64,000 nt of DNA from an uncultured virus (IMG/VR IMGVR_UViG_3300012983_000042) (IMGVR_UViG_3300012983_000042); one strand, 5' to 3'; positions 38,701-49,744 are shown, numbered from the stretch's first letter. A program made the numbers and translations. The notes: generated from the sequence alone by a model not told the origin.

Positions 38701-41700
38701 ATCTTTTCATTATAGTTGTTTGTTAATGGTACAACACCATTCTCATCATACTCATAGTAAGTTTTTGACGCATCTTCGTCAACTGTTGGGAAGTTGCTAA
38801 AGTATGCTCGATTGGCAGTAAGAGCGTTTGTTGTCATCTTAACACTTTCAACTTTAAGAGCTCCATTTGACTTCAAGTAATCAGATATTATAGATGTATC
38901 TTTTGAAAGATATGTTTCTTGGTAAGGAATGTCATTCTTTGTGTATGCTGCTAAAAGAACACGGTAAGTACCTGTAGCAACTTCATCAGAGATAGCTTTA
39001 TTAAACTTGATTGCATTGCCGCTTTCAACTCTTGACACCTTCAAGTCACTAGGTATGACAAGCGTGTTATTACCTGTAAAGTCGAAGTTGAATGTATCTG
39101 AGCCAAGTACTTGTGATGCATCAACATCTACACCATATCCTACACGGCCTGTAGAATAAGTTATTTTACCAGAGTCGTTGTTAAAGCTTCTTACTTCACC
39201 TTCACAAGGTATGCCTACTTGCTCCCACTTTGTAGCAGTTGAGTCAACATTACTAAAGTTGTCAAAGTCAACTATAATTTGGCTTGATGCAAGCGTCTCA
39301 TTACCGTTATCATTTACTCTAACAAAAGCAGCAACCTTGCCATCTTCTGTTTCAGTAAAGTAAGCAACTTGTCTGTCAATACCATCATTATAAAAGTTTT
39401 CAGGTAAGTACTGTCTTACAGGCAACATATTGAATGTAGCACCAGCATCATTAGAGTAGACAATGACAGGTGTTTCACCCGAGTTTTCATCACTAGCAAT
39501 CCAGTTAGCTAAGTTGATTTGCCACCATTCTTGTGTCTTATCGAATTGTCCACCACCCATTGAAGAGTACTTATCATAGATTACTTTTGATGGATAAGCA
39601 AAGCCACCAAAGAACATATGTTTGTTGTCAGGCAAAGTAAAAAGTTGAGATGTCAACTTAAAAAAGTAAACGGGTTTTTCTTTATTACTAATAGGAAGCA
39701 ATGTCCCATCTTTTAATGTGACTGTCTCATACCCGCCGATGTTAGCAAGGTCTGCAACATCCCAACCGTATATGAATGAAAGTCCTGGCTGTTGTGAGAC
39801 TCTCCAATTACTTACTGTCTCAATGTCTTCCGCTTTATGTAAATATTTTTTGTTTATATAGAACATATCACCAGTGTAGCATCTAAAGTAAATGCTTCCA
39901 CCATAAGAGTATATGTTTGTAACGACTTTAGCTCCAAAAGCATCATACTTACGAAGTCCTCTTACGTAAGTGAATGCGTGAAGTAAGTATAGTCGGTATG
40001 CTTCTTCAAAGTCGATTGCATTTCCATACTCTTTTGAGATTATGATAACATTATTTTCTTGAGTACCTACTAAAGTGAATCTTGCTGTGTCATCTACTTT
40101 TAAGTCACTAGTAAGTGGCAGTCCTGTAGCAAACTCAACTTTGTCAATAGCTTCAGGTGCAGATGCAAAAGAATCATTAGTCACGCCAAGCAAAGTGCCG
40201 TTTGAATAGTATTTCACTCCAAGTGATAAGAACTGAGAGTATGTTAAAAGTCCACGACCGCTTGTTGCGTTGCCTGTATAATTTTGTGATAGAGGCTTAA
40301 TAGCATTCTTGAAGCAGTTCAATTGGTCTTCAGTAAATGTTTGTTCAAGAGAAAGATTGGTAAATGTATAGCCGTCACCTACTTTTTGAGCAGAGTCCAA
40401 TGCCCAAGAGCAGAATGTTTTAATGTCATCAAGAACGAAGTTGTAGCAAGATGATACTCCAGTCACAGGCATAGAACGCAACTTCAATAGAGTTGTGTCA
40501 AGAGTGATTGGTAGCTTTGCACCAAGCCAGTGTTTACCTCGAGTAAAGTTGCGTGTATATTCACCGTTCTCATCAACTGTATAAAGTTGAGTTTTGATAA
40601 AGATATAATCCTGTTGAAGCACGATGTCCATATCACCATCAGAGAAAATCTTTTGGTACATCTTTGCACCATCTTTTTCATACTCACTAGGATCTACAAC
40701 ATAAGGTCCTTCTAAAATGTTTTGAAGAACTTGATTACCTGAAGGTGCTGTAACGATAGGTCCAACTGTAGCTAAGTCATTGTGATCACCGTTAGCTTCA
40801 ACTTCTGTATAAGATTTTATAGCAATATCTTTAGGACTTACGAAAGATGTATCGGGCGTACCGAAAACGCCTCCAAAAGTATCAACAACTTCAAGTCTTA
40901 AAGTATCAGGTGACATAATCAAGTTGTCGCTTGAACGAGGCTTAAAGCTTAATGCTTCAACACCATCACCAATCTCAAAGGGAGATGCATACATAGATGC
41001 TGCTTCAGAGCCCGCTTGCATTACAGAGTTTAAAGATTTTGAGATCATAAACTTGTAGTACTTGTCACCATAAAAGTCTTCACCTTGTGATTCTTCGAAT
41101 CCAAATGTACCAACCCAACCCTCTTTGTCATCATAGATCATATCAATAAGCTGAGCTCCATCTACGGCGAACTCTTTATCTTCTGTTTGCATATCAATAA
41201 ACTTTGCAGACTCAAAGTTTATATTACTTGCTGTATATACTTTATTATCTGACATAATAGCAACAAGATCATCGCCTTGAGCTGCAAGATACTTACATCG
41301 TTGCTTTATGTTTGTAAGAATAGTATGTGTTCTTGTGCCATTGCCGTCAAGTGCAATTCCTGAGATGATTTCATCACCAGGATTCAAAGCATTACATACT
41401 AGTTGGAACTCACCGCCGTCAAAATCAGGTTTTTCTACTAAACGTGGTGAAGCTAAGTTGAGCTTTGCTTCGAAAACTAATAGGTTTTTATAGTACTTAA
41501 AAGTAGGATCTTTAACGATATCATATGAATCATTCAATGGCTTTTTAACTTTGATGTTCATATACTTTGGCTTTTCATATGAATCTGTTCTAAAGTCAAC
41601 TGCATTGTCTTCATCAACTTTTTCAACTACGTTATCTACTACAACCGCAGGCACAATGTCATCAAGTGCGGAAATCAACTTTTCATCATAAAGTCTTTGG

Positions 41701-42278
41701 AAAGCTTTTGTGCGTTTACCACAAACAAGCAACTCCCCGTCATCATTGACACCATAAATCTCGCCTTCAAGATCTCGTGTTGATTGGAAAAGAATATTAT
41801 TTAATGCCTCAAGATATGGGCTTCTTAAGTCTACTTCTTCAACTGAAACAAACTTATCAGAAGGCGATAAGTCCGTTGCGTGGAAGTTGGCACCAATGAT
41901 ACTTTTAATGTAAGCTTCTTTTGTTAACTCTGATGATCCTTCATCTTGATGCAGCTCTGTCTTATAAGCGCCAAATAGATATTTTAGATTTTTGAAATAC
42001 TTATGTTCAGCAAACTTTACGACAATCTTTTCGGTTTTGCTTACAGGTGTAGCTTTAACTTCAACACAGTTATCACCTGATGCGTTTTTCAAATTAAAAC
42101 GAATAAAAGTATTTGACTTTTCAATGTCACAACTTTCAAGCTGTAAATCTTTTACAAGTTGCTTTACTTTAACTACGACATCTGCTTTTGAGTAGCTTGA
42201 GCTATATGAAGCCGCAAGCTTTTTAATTTTACGGCTATATTCATTAAGTTCACTAGAAATGTCTAATGTATAGTTCAT
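35745..42278 (-). CDS. very large baseplate/tail protein (2177 aa)
   Basis: C-term ITEMGIFDKNHKMIAYAQFPPIEY resembles tail-collar/baseplate domains; GGAG SD and class-3 motif. Confidence 0.6.
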   Translation of the reverse strand: MNYTLDISSELNEYSRKIKKLAASYSSSYSKADVVVKVKQLVKDLQLESCDIEKSNTFIRFNLKNASGDNCVEVKATPVSKTEKIVVKFAEHKYFKNLKYLFGAYKTELHQDEGSSELTKEAYIKSIIGANFHATDLSPSDKFVSVEEVDLRSPYLEALNNILFQSTRDLEGEIYGVNDDGELLVCGKRTKAFQRLYDEKLISALDDIVPAVVVDNVVEKVDEDNAVDFRTDSYEKPKYMNIKVKKPLNDSYDIVKDPTFKYYKNLLVFEAKLNLASPRLVEKPDFDGGEFQLVCNALNPGDEIISGIALDGNGTRTHTILTNIKQRCKYLAAQGDDLVAIMSDNKVYTASNINFESAKFIDMQTEDKEFAVDGAQLIDMIYDDKEGWVGTFGFEESQGEDFYGDKYYKFMISKSLNSVMQAGSEAASMYASPFEIGDGVEALSFKPRSSDNLIMSPDTLRLEVVDTFGGVFGTPDTSFVSPKDIAIKSYTEVEANGDHNDLATVGPIVTAPSGNQVLQNILEGPYVVDPSEYEKDGAKMYQKIFSDGDMDIVLQQDYIFIKTQLYTVDENGEYTRNFTRGKHWLGAKLPITLDTTLLKLRSMPVTGVSSCYNFVLDDIKTFCSWALDSAQKVGDGYTFTNLSLEQTFTEDQLNCFKNAIKPLSQNYTGNATSGRGLLTYSQFLSLGVKYYSNGTLLGVTNDSFASAPEAIDKVEFATGLPLTSDLKVDDTARFTLVGTQENNVIIISKEYGNAIDFEEAYRLYLLHAFTYVRGLRKYDAFGAKVVTNIYSYGGSIYFRCYTGDMFYINKKYLHKAEDIETVSNWRVSQQPGLSFIYGWDVADLANIGGYETVTLKDGTLLPISNKEKPVYFFKLTSQLFTLPDNKHMFFGGFAYPSKVIYDKYSSMGGGQFDKTQEWWQINLANWIASDENSGETPVIVYSNDAGATFNMLPVRQYLPENFYNDGIDRQVAYFTETEDGKVAAFVRVNDNGNETLASSQIIVDFDNFSNVDSTATKWEQVGIPCEGEVRSFNNDSGKITYSTGRVGYGVDVDASQVLGSDTFNFDFTGNNTLVIPSDLKVSRVESGNAIKFNKAISDEVATGTYRVLLAAYTKNDIPYQETYLSKDTSIISDYLKSNGALKVESVKMTTNALTANRAYFSNFPTVDEDASKTYYEYDENGVVPLTNNYNEKIVKCSEDGQLFAFSNRKDADGKPIEAMIDFASSLGSGLSASQLLPQGKPAHSLKDFTSNATVMEDDDEFTSLVKGSKSYTFMKEFDEASVLAMFDSNTALSEFLEEEGVEEGDTATYDSVVSFVENMEDFFGGPDNNFADAASRFIYKSVGKKKYLYDKKYNVFVLKSRRFICGTLNIPYTFYNGGNGMTVIPNPILDFSEDTGNMIKAGALASGIYYHPMGYGGLRNNTSITRTTPWERDPAAFEDSYLKNSVDDYVFLTDNIGTRIKTFDAIQFIEDDGYDVTYDSFLNDGMNTITVCTDDGEESKSFYKLHKTDIKECHSCDYVRKGSKVLLRFYKNAERIEDFELKENALFNYNGEKCYEATLEDGYLVVGECIGLPSTNVTAKFNIKYKANGIDFVDEIESTFTVNESNSTVWVDTLEGEDTTIIYYKDYGLISKPDENSTNNTKTVTYKLSLTDVDGNFDLTTADIKTNECSYLIEDDRLSISFAAGNDPVERSIVVNGSTVWRAAIIELDYEAIERSPEERYLGDAIILEEINIPSDRFTKCDDEVLYLGYSKHFELAAGNIVKGLYGYSISKKPKYSTFQNLLYGEGVMIDKGIYYDESKLTSIKVASTAEDNSEIKLNAPVEFNEDYNDGVEHYFKFKILTVAEQSLAPKHMNDSSYYYELSKDQLSLFTPNRVWYNPKGSPVPPIKVGSKIFNSENNYAYYDEDYRNSNGVNIFMCDEQGHYVNFDENGVEYRLDSNEDGNCSANVYMGVDNRYISPKPINPTCQDWYYENIYTPNNEVNPLWQIIHISPKIENKKWVQKVDICRYKKSGASQSLVNDVEYPYVSMNELSQIVAEDGALRVRENFINFDAPTGDIELLLSEGDDHYKNLINSNDGDMTLYGLNFNVSNLSKMFNNDNSNLAATLQASYSVNTLRDFTTNVQDDSTIAKITEMGIFDKNHKMIAYAQFPPIEYRTEKQHAAFTAVIYHGNMTGDTI

Positions 42279-42315
42279 TTATATGATATCTCCTGATTTC
42301 AATAATTAGTCTTGT

Positions 42316-45300
42316 TTAATTGTTCATTAAACTTTTCATTGACTCGAAGTCATTATCCATTGAATTATCAAGATTATCGTTCTCATCAACAACAGATGCA
42401 TTAGTATAGAAAACTTGATTCTTTTTATCATATCTAATAGCTGACTGAGATATACAATATTTAACCGTTGGAGCGTTTACACCATCTTTAATGTAGTCAT
42501 CATAACGGTAGCCTGTTGATATAAAATGTGGGTCTAGGAACAGTTTGAAGTCATATGATCCATCTGCGATATGATTTCTTGGCAACTTAATTGAGTTGAA
42601 TACTTTTGAAGTATATTTTATGATTGAGTTGCTTGTGTCCATTTTATAATCATCTTTTGTAGCCATCACCAACTTAAAGTCTTCAGGATTTCTGTCAAAC
42701 TCTTCAACAAACTCTCGCTTAATCAACGGATATGTAAAGTGTCCGTAGTAAACAAGATACTCGTTAAAGTTTGTGTTATTGTTTCTAGGATAAATCGTTG
42801 TACACAATGTATAGTTTTTATTTATCTTTACGAAGTTGATTTTATTATCCGCCCAGAAAAGCCCAATTGTGTCAAAGTCATTAAGACCGAAAACATCTTT
42901 ATCGTTAAGTTCGAAATTACCTCGGATGTATGTAAATAAAAATAATTTATTTTTGAAAATGTCTTCATATTGTGATAAGTCATCAAAGAGTCCGCTGTCA
43001 TCTTCTTCACCATATCCAAGGAAGTTGTATGTGTACTCGCCTAAGATTGTAGCATTACTTGTGCTATAGTCAAAAATAGTTTTGATTATAAGAATTCTTC
43101 TTAGGAATTCAGTTTTATCACTAGAGCTGTTCTTCAACTTGCTAAAGCTTTGAATGTTTAAACTAAATGATGTGTTTACCACAAGATTAGTGATTTTATT
43201 AAAATAATATGGAGTGTAGCCTATAAGACCGCCGACAATAATATTATAATCATCAAAAGGCTGGTCATTTAATGCAACTTTAAGCTGACCTTTAACGCTG
43301 TTTGGTGTTAAGCCGCAATCATAGAAGTAATATATGTTTCTTTGATTAGAGTCTTGAGGCGCGATTCTTGTGTGGTCCTCAGAATCAATTGAGATGTAGT
43401 CACTCGTATTAAGCAATTTATTTGACAATGTACTACGAAGCCCAATGTTTAGGTCACACTCTTTTGAAATGTTTTTGAAGTTTTGTTCATAGAACAAAAT
43501 ATCAATAGTTGAGTACTCTTTGCCATTTGCAACAACATTAAGATTAATGTTGTACTCATTTAGAGGGATTTCAAAAAGAGGTTTATCTATATTTGTATAA
43601 GTGTTATAATCATCTTGTTCAGATGAACGATTATCAACATTGGCATAAGTTGCTCTTTTGTTTACAACTTGTCCCTCAGGCCCATCTTTAATCCAATCTA
43701 CAACTTTCTTTTCAGTGTCTTCATAAGGCTCAACTGTGTGATCCCAGAATGTTGCACCATAGACATTTGGGTATCTAATGTTACTTACAAGCTTGAAGTA
43801 ATCCTTTAAGCCTTTTCCGCCTGTTCCAATTTGAACATATGCAGGTATTGTGCCATCTGTCCAGTTGTTTGTTTGGAATAAAACTTTAAGAGACGGGTCA
43901 GTGTATTCTGTTTTAGGAAGCAAAGAAGCGTATCCTGATGTATCAGCGTTGAGAATTAGATTTGAACCAACGTTGATGCTTTCTTTTGCCAAATCTAATT
44001 CATCATTATTTGATATGTAATCAAGCCACTCAACGCTCATTAATGACTCTTCACTGCCTGAGCGATTCTTTTGTCTAATGATTTTATCAATGTTTACTTC
44101 AACAAAAACGTTTCTTGTGTTTTTAGTAATTGAAGGTATAAGAAGATTGTTGTCTTCAGTAAGTTTATCTTCATAAAGATTTTTTACAACTGTAAAGAAT
44201 GTATCTTTATTAAGAATCTGCTTATCATTTAGATCACCATTCATAACGGCTTTTTCAATAGAAGGCCATTCTTTTGTGCCGTAAACACCGTGGTCAAAGA
44301 ATGTCTCTTTTTCATACTCACCATTAGCATACATAACCCTTTTATAGTTGAATGGATCATCTTTAATAGATGCAGGCACAGTAGTCACAGAACATCTGAA
44401 AGTATAAGTTTGTGTTCCACCTTTAGGTAAAGATGAGTTTACAGTAGCTACATAGTTGCTCAACTTTGTAATAAAAGTGTTGCTTGAAATGCCAGGACCT
44501 GAAACTTTAGATCCTACTGAAAGAGATTCAAACTTTGTTCTCGCATCATCAGTTAAGAATTGCATTTCATAGCAAGAATTACCAACAGACTTATCAATGA
44601 ACACTTGTGCTGAAACATCATACTCTGTTTCATTATAAATCTTTAATGAGCTTTTTCCAACAAAAGCAACTTCTCTGTCTTTGTCACTCATATTAGAGTA
44701 AAGTTGATTAAAAGTGTCATCTCTTAAGTCAACACATTCATAGTCGGCAAAAATGAATTCATCAACTCTATGCATCTTTGAATTGACAGTATCACTAAGA
44801 TGCATTGGCTGAACTGAAATATTGCCTAATGATATCTCTGATATAAAACAGTCATCTAAAATGAAGTGTACTTTAGAGAATGCGTCACTTGAGCTAAATA
44901 TAAAAAACTCGACGCTACCGCCTCTTATTGCAGTAAAGCATCCTTCACTATCAATAAATAATGAGCGGTTTTCAAGTAATCTCTCTTTTTGTGAAACGAA
45001 CTCTGCAAGTCGTTCTTTCAAGTCATCCAATTCAAACACAGTATCTTTATACTGCTCAAAGTTGGATGATGAAGCGTCTTCAAGTTTTTCAACAGCCAAT
45101 GCGTAAGTGTCTTCATAGATGCTGAGTTGTTCAACTGCAGAATCATAGTTCTTTTTAGCATCTGCTCTTTCTTCATCAGTTGCAGTGTCTGGTAAGTTGT
45201 TCATTGCGTCAAGACACTCTTGAACTAAGTCTTTTTGATCTTTAATCTTTTTAGGGTACTCAATGTAGTGGTCGATGAAAGTCTTATCGCCGTTAAAGTC

Positions 45301-47247
45301 TTGTACAATTAAGTTGTACCATCTTTGTAATTCATTGTTCTTTAAAAATATATCTGATTCTGTACTCTCTATAAGTCTATCTGCATCAGAGCCGTAAATG
45401 TATCTATAGATGTCTTCAGGCTTTCTGTCAGGGATTGCACGAATGTTGAATGTAACATCTCTTGGACATACGAATGCGTGGCCTGACTCAGATAATGTTT
45501 GCCAAGCGATGTTTAATGAGCCGTACATAACACCGTAAGACTCATCCTTTAATCTAATAAGAGCACAATAGTTGTCATCAGATACAATAGTGTCATCTGA
45601 TATGTCAAAAGGATCATACTGTGTAATAGCATTATAGTCATTGTAAGGTCTTTTCGGTGTAATGTTTTTACATTTTATTTGTCCGCAAGTACCACCTGCA
45701 ATTTTATAAGGTGTTGGGTTATCATCATAACTTCTAATTGAAACAATATCATTCTTGTTTAATGTTGCTGAAGAAATGTCCAACTCTGCGGTTCTGTTTA
45801 CTACAGTCTCATCTTTATTAAAGCTTACTGACTTAGGATAACAATCAAGCATAATATCACTAGGTAGAATAATAGTGTCTTTGATGATTGGATTGTAAGA
45901 ATACTCAACTTCTTCAAAGATGTTTGTTAATGATTCTCCAAGAGATGAAACATACATCATTGTTGATGAAACAAACAATGAAAACCATTTATCATTTACA
46001 AGCAACGCTTCACCTTCAGAGTTGTAAGGCATTTGTGAGCTGTAAATATCATATACGTTTTTGTCAAGTTCGTACGCTTTAAGGAAAGCAACGATGTCTT
46101 CAAATGTTTTGTATCTTAAAAGTTTACTGTACACTACTGGTGAAGAAAGAGCTGTTTGAATACCTAATATCTTGTCGTCAGAAGATGCGTATGTTAGAAC
46201 ATCTTCTGAGATGAAAGGATCATAAGTGTTAAACTCAGCTTCTTCAGAGATGGAGCCAGTCATTGACGCGCCATTTGATGTTAAGTCATAGAATGAGTAT
46301 GATGCATCATTAGCAAGAATGTACTTATCTCTTGTGAACTCTCCAGCTTTGTTAGAAACAAACTCAAACAAGATGTTTTCATATCCTGGGATTGAGTAAG
46401 ATGATAATGTATGTCCGTTTGACTTGATGAAAGATGTATTACGATTTTCGCCCAACCAGTCAACACGACGGAATAATGTTTGGTAGCGTTCATCAAATGT
46501 GTCAATAATATACTTCTTTACGTCAAAGCCTTTTCTCTTATTCTCTCTCCACTCGTCCTCGTTCACTGCTTCTAATGTTAAAGCTTTTCCTACTGGAAAT
46601 ACCGAAACATTTTCAAACACATCGTGGGCATACATACGATATCCTAGCATTGAACCATAGAACTTACGACGAGCTGCATTGCTTGTAAGATTTCTTAAGT
46701 TAAGCTTAAACTCTTCAACATCAGGGTCATCAGACTGAATCGTCTCTGCAACTATACGGAAGAACTCATTGTTTGGCTTATAGTCAACCATAGCTGCAGC
46801 GTTGTTAAAAGCATCAAGAATTTCATTTCTTGTAAGTAGATTAAGCCAATCAGGATGGTCAGGATAAAGACAACTTAAGTAACGATAAATCTCGTGTAAG
46901 AACAAGTCGTGCTCAACTGCTAAAACGCCATTGAGCTCCATCTTGTGGAATGTTGGTACTTTTTCAACATACATTTCTTTTACAGGATCCCAAACACTTT
47001 CAATCTTTGGTCCATAGTTTTCTGCCTGTTTGCCATTTACAATTTTTGTAGGTGCTTCTAAAAGATGTGATTCACTGCCTCCTACAGGCAAGTCATATGT
47101 AACATCTTCTGTACCGATAAGCCATTTCCAAGTGTCGTTTCTTAATGTATGATGCAAATAGTCATAATCACGAGTTGTAGGTAATTCATTTGTTAGTTGA
47201 ACCCTTGTCTCTAAGTCAAACTCGGAATTACTTGTGTATAGTGCCAT
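42316..47247 (-). CDS. very large baseplate wedge-like structural protein (1643 aa)
   Basis: Size, context, class-3 motif; RRKFYGSMLGY reminiscent of wedge-protein KGT motifs. Confidence 0.5.
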   Translation of the reverse strand: MALYTSNSEFDLETRVQLTNELPTTRDYDYLHHTLRNDTWKWLIGTEDVTYDLPVGGSESHLLEAPTKIVNGKQAENYGPKIESVWDPVKEMYVEKVPTFHKMELNGVLAVEHDLFLHEIYRYLSCLYPDHPDWLNLLTRNEILDAFNNAAAMVDYKPNNEFFRIVAETIQSDDPDVEEFKLNLRNLTSNAARRKFYGSMLGYRMYAHDVFENVSVFPVGKALTLEAVNEDEWRENKRKGFDVKKYIIDTFDERYQTLFRRVDWLGENRNTSFIKSNGHTLSSYSIPGYENILFEFVSNKAGEFTRDKYILANDASYSFYDLTSNGASMTGSISEEAEFNTYDPFISEDVLTYASSDDKILGIQTALSSPVVYSKLLRYKTFEDIVAFLKAYELDKNVYDIYSSQMPYNSEGEALLVNDKWFSLFVSSTMMYVSSLGESLTNIFEEVEYSYNPIIKDTIILPSDIMLDCYPKSVSFNKDETVVNRTAELDISSATLNKNDIVSIRSYDDNPTPYKIAGGTCGQIKCKNITPKRPYNDYNAITQYDPFDISDDTIVSDDNYCALIRLKDESYGVMYGSLNIAWQTLSESGHAFVCPRDVTFNIRAIPDRKPEDIYRYIYGSDADRLIESTESDIFLKNNELQRWYNLIVQDFNGDKTFIDHYIEYPKKIKDQKDLVQECLDAMNNLPDTATDEERADAKKNYDSAVEQLSIYEDTYALAVEKLEDASSSNFEQYKDTVFELDDLKERLAEFVSQKERLLENRSLFIDSEGCFTAIRGGSVEFFIFSSSDAFSKVHFILDDCFISEISLGNISVQPMHLSDTVNSKMHRVDEFIFADYECVDLRDDTFNQLYSNMSDKDREVAFVGKSSLKIYNETEYDVSAQVFIDKSVGNSCYEMQFLTDDARTKFESLSVGSKVSGPGISSNTFITKLSNYVATVNSSLPKGGTQTYTFRCSVTTVPASIKDDPFNYKRVMYANGEYEKETFFDHGVYGTKEWPSIEKAVMNGDLNDKQILNKDTFFTVVKNLYEDKLTEDNNLLIPSITKNTRNVFVEVNIDKIIRQKNRSGSEESLMSVEWLDYISNNDELDLAKESINVGSNLILNADTSGYASLLPKTEYTDPSLKVLFQTNNWTDGTIPAYVQIGTGGKGLKDYFKLVSNIRYPNVYGATFWDHTVEPYEDTEKKVVDWIKDGPEGQVVNKRATYANVDNRSSEQDDYNTYTNIDKPLFEIPLNEYNINLNVVANGKEYSTIDILFYEQNFKNISKECDLNIGLRSTLSNKLLNTSDYISIDSEDHTRIAPQDSNQRNIYYFYDCGLTPNSVKGQLKVALNDQPFDDYNIIVGGLIGYTPYYFNKITNLVVNTSFSLNIQSFSKLKNSSSDKTEFLRRILIIKTIFDYSTSNATILGEYTYNFLGYGEEDDSGLFDDLSQYEDIFKNKLFLFTYIRGNFELNDKDVFGLNDFDTIGLFWADNKINFVKINKNYTLCTTIYPRNNNTNFNEYLVYYGHFTYPLIKREFVEEFDRNPEDFKLVMATKDDYKMDTSNSIIKYTSKVFNSIKLPRNHIADGSYDFKLFLDPHFISTGYRYDDYIKDGVNAPTVKYCISQSAIRYDKKNQVFYTNASVVDENDNLDNSMDNDFESMKSLMNN

Positions 47248-47271
47248 TATCTAAATCCTCAATAATAGTAA

Positions 47272-47880
47272 TTAGTTTTGATTTTCTTGCTGCGCGTTTG
47301 CGATAGTTTCAGTAGGTGTTTTAACTCCCAGTTGTTGTAAGAACTGTTGGAACATAAATGCGCCTTGAAGAATAGATTGAGCTTCATCACGATTACCGCC
47401 ACCAACAGTCTCATTAAGGCTTCTCATTTGCTCAGGAGATGTGTTGCCCCCAATGGCAATGTTTACTTGTGACTGTTGCTGCTGCTTTTCTGCAGTTCTT
47501 GCAGCGATCTCCGCTTTGACTTCTTCTGTCATCAAAGTGAATGTTGGTCCGAGTACTTTAGATACACGGTCATTCAAGTTGACTGAGTTGTTTGTATGTA
47601 GTGCAATCAACTCTTTGGCAGTAAAGCCTCCATCTTTTGCATCAAGTTGAAGTCTTGCAGCAATCTCTGCTTCGATAATCTCTTGAAATTGGTATTCTTT
47701 ATTGATAATCTCAAAAGTATGTTTAGTGAAGTCACCTAAAGACTTTTCAACATCACGAATAGGTGATTCATTCAGTTTAGCAACTGCAGCGCTTTCTGAA
47801 GGTAATGTTGCAAGCTTTTCTAATGTCTGAAGTTCATAAATTGCTTTGTCAGCATCTTCTTGATTATTTATGTCGCTCAT
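47272..47880 (-). CDS. hypothetical protein
   Basis: 202 aa, GGAG SD, overlaps the upstream ORF. Confidence 0.7.
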   Translation of the reverse strand: MSDINNQEDADKAIYELQTLEKLATLPSESAAVAKLNESPIRDVEKSLGDFTKHTFEIINKEYQFQEIIEAEIAARLQLDAKDGGFTAKELIALHTNNSVNLNDRVSKVLGPTFTLMTEEVKAEIAARTAEKQQQQSQVNIAIGGNTSPEQMRSLNETVGGGNRDEAQSILQGAFMFQQFLQQLGVKTPTETIANAQQENQN

Positions 47881-48310
47881 TTAGCTCCCTCCGATAGCGC
47901 AATTCACCAAACTTGTTGATGAATCTTTGAAGTTGTTGTACTCGAACCCCAAGCTTAACTGAGCTGAGGTCATCATCTTTAATAAGGTCTTTAATGTCTT
48001 CCCAAGAGTAGTCTTTAAACTGTCGATAGTAATAGCATAGAGCGATTTGAATTGTTTCTTTGAAATCTGCTTTATGAGGAAACTTTATGGTCTTGCCTTC
48101 AAGAAGGTCCATAACATCCATAAACTTTTCTGCTCCAAGCAAGTTATAGAGTTCAACAAGAACAAGTTGCTTCTCGTCCTTCTCAGCGTTCTTAAACATA
48201 TTCAAACGAATAAGATCTTCTATAAGTTCCTTTGAGGCGCTTTCCTTCATAATATCGTTCACCGTTTGTTGAAACAATGTCATAGGCTCATTGAATAGTT
48301 TTTTGCCCAT
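47864..48310 (-). CDS. possible Mor-like transcription regulator
   Basis: LLGAEKFMDVMDLLEGKTIKFP resembles the Mor-family pattern G.e...l....gG..iyiP. Confidence 0.4.
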   Translation of the reverse strand: MGKKLFNEPMTLFQQTVNDIMKESASKELIEDLIRLNMFKNAEKDEKQLVLVELYNLLGAEKFMDVMDLLEGKTIKFPHKADFKETIQIALCYYYRQFKDYSWEDIKDLIKDDDLSSVKLGVRVQQLQRFINKFGELRYRRELNERHK

Positions 48311-48367
48311 ATTCTATAATGTCTCCTATAGAATTAGTCACCAACACGATATTTCAACTAATTACTT

Positions 48368-49651
48368 ATGGCAGTTGAAGAAGTACAAAGAGGCTACTAT
48401 GATGACGCTAAAAAGAAGTGGATTGACATCAATCTTTCTGTAAAGTGTTGTGTATCAAAGTTTTTAGCTGAAGTTTTATTTAAGAATGATTACTCTCGTG
48501 TTGTCTATGCTATGCCTGATGCAGTGTTCCGTAGAAGAATTGAAACATTGGATAGAGGGAAGACAGGTGAAGAACTTAAAGTCAATAAGTTTAAGCCTAC
48601 ATCATTAGAATTACCTTTTGGAGCATTCAATCAGTCAGGTGATTGGGAAGCAGACGACAGGCCTTATGCACAAAACGCATCACAAACAATCTATGGTGTT
48701 TATGATAGAACAATCTATAAAAGACTTCGTATATTGCCTTGTAAGTCAAAGTGGAAGATAACTTTATACTACTCAAGACGTGATGACGTTAAGCAAGCTG
48801 CACAAAGACTATACTGGGAGCAAGAGCCAAAGCATCCTGCTCGTATGTACTGTGTTTTCAATTGGAAAGGCAATCCTGTAGCGATCCCAGCAAACATTAC
48901 AATAGAAAGCATCAACACCAAGCCTGAATGGGAAGAGTTGAAGTTCTTAGAGAGTCAACGCATTTACCCAGTTGAAGTTGAGCTTACTGTTCGTTCTTAT
49001 CAAGTTGTCATTCCAACATCTGAAGCGGTTGTGGCATTACCTTATAGATGGCAACATTTACTTCACGATGATGACTCTGACATCTACATCACTGAAGAAA
49101 CTATTTTAGAGTTCGTGAATGAACGATGGGATAACATCGATGTTAAGTCGGATGTTGACACATCTAATGCGGAACTTAATGCAATAGCTAAAAAGTTTTT
49201 TGAAGATAGTTCATATACTGAAGAGCAAATCCAACAACTAGGAAAGTCGCTTTCAAATGAAACCACTTATGACATCATTAAAGGATTCTATACAGAAACT
49301 ACTGAGGTAGCATTAAACACTTTCTTGTATTATGAACCGACTTCAACACCTACAAAAGCTGTGATTAAGTATGCTGTAAAGCCTGCAGATTATAAGTATT
49401 TTGAAGAAATAGTTTTTGTCATTCCAGGACAAGAAAACATAGTTGTAAAAGATTGTAAGCAAAAAGAAGTTGTGATAGAAGGACTTTATCCGTCATCAAC
49501 TTATGACATTGTGATTCTAACGAAGTCAACTACAGGCAACATAACGACTTTCAACTTGTCATTTACAACTAAAGACGATCCGGACAATCCTGCGCCAACA
49601 CCGCAGAAAATAAATAAGAAAATTCCTGGACTTGTAGGTATGCAAATCTAA
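48368..49651 (+). CDS. virion protein (tail completion-like) with a C-terminal FN3-like domain
   Basis: VIEGLYPSSTYDIVI FN3 pattern; class-3 motif 4 nt before the ATG. Confidence 0.45.
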   Translation: MAVEEVQRGYYDDAKKKWIDINLSVKCCVSKFLAEVLFKNDYSRVVYAMPDAVFRRRIETLDRGKTGEELKVNKFKPTSLELPFGAFNQSGDWEADDRPYAQNASQTIYGVYDRTIYKRLRILPCKSKWKITLYYSRRDDVKQAAQRLYWEQEPKHPARMYCVFNWKGNPVAIPANITIESINTKPEWEELKFLESQRIYPVEVELTVRSYQVVIPTSEAVVALPYRWQHLLHDDDSDIYITEETILEFVNERWDNIDVKSDVDTSNAELNAIAKKFFEDSSYTEEQIQQLGKSLSNETTYDIIKGFYTETTEVALNTFLYYEPTSTPTKAVIKYAVKPADYKYFEEIVFVIPGQENIVVKDCKQKEVVIEGLYPSSTYDIVILTKSTTGNITTFNLSFTTKDDPDNPAPTPQKINKKIPGLVGMQI

Positions 49652-49744
49652 GGGGTGAACGGATATTCGGCTAAAGACCAAACATTTTTCTCTGCTCGTT
49701 TTTTATATAAAGGAATAATAGTTAATATTATATTGGAGGTTAAT

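Noticed and set aside
42279..42315. Readthrough/frameshift joining the two giant baseplate ORFs
   Set aside because: Different frames, and the gap has its own class-3 motif and GGAG SD
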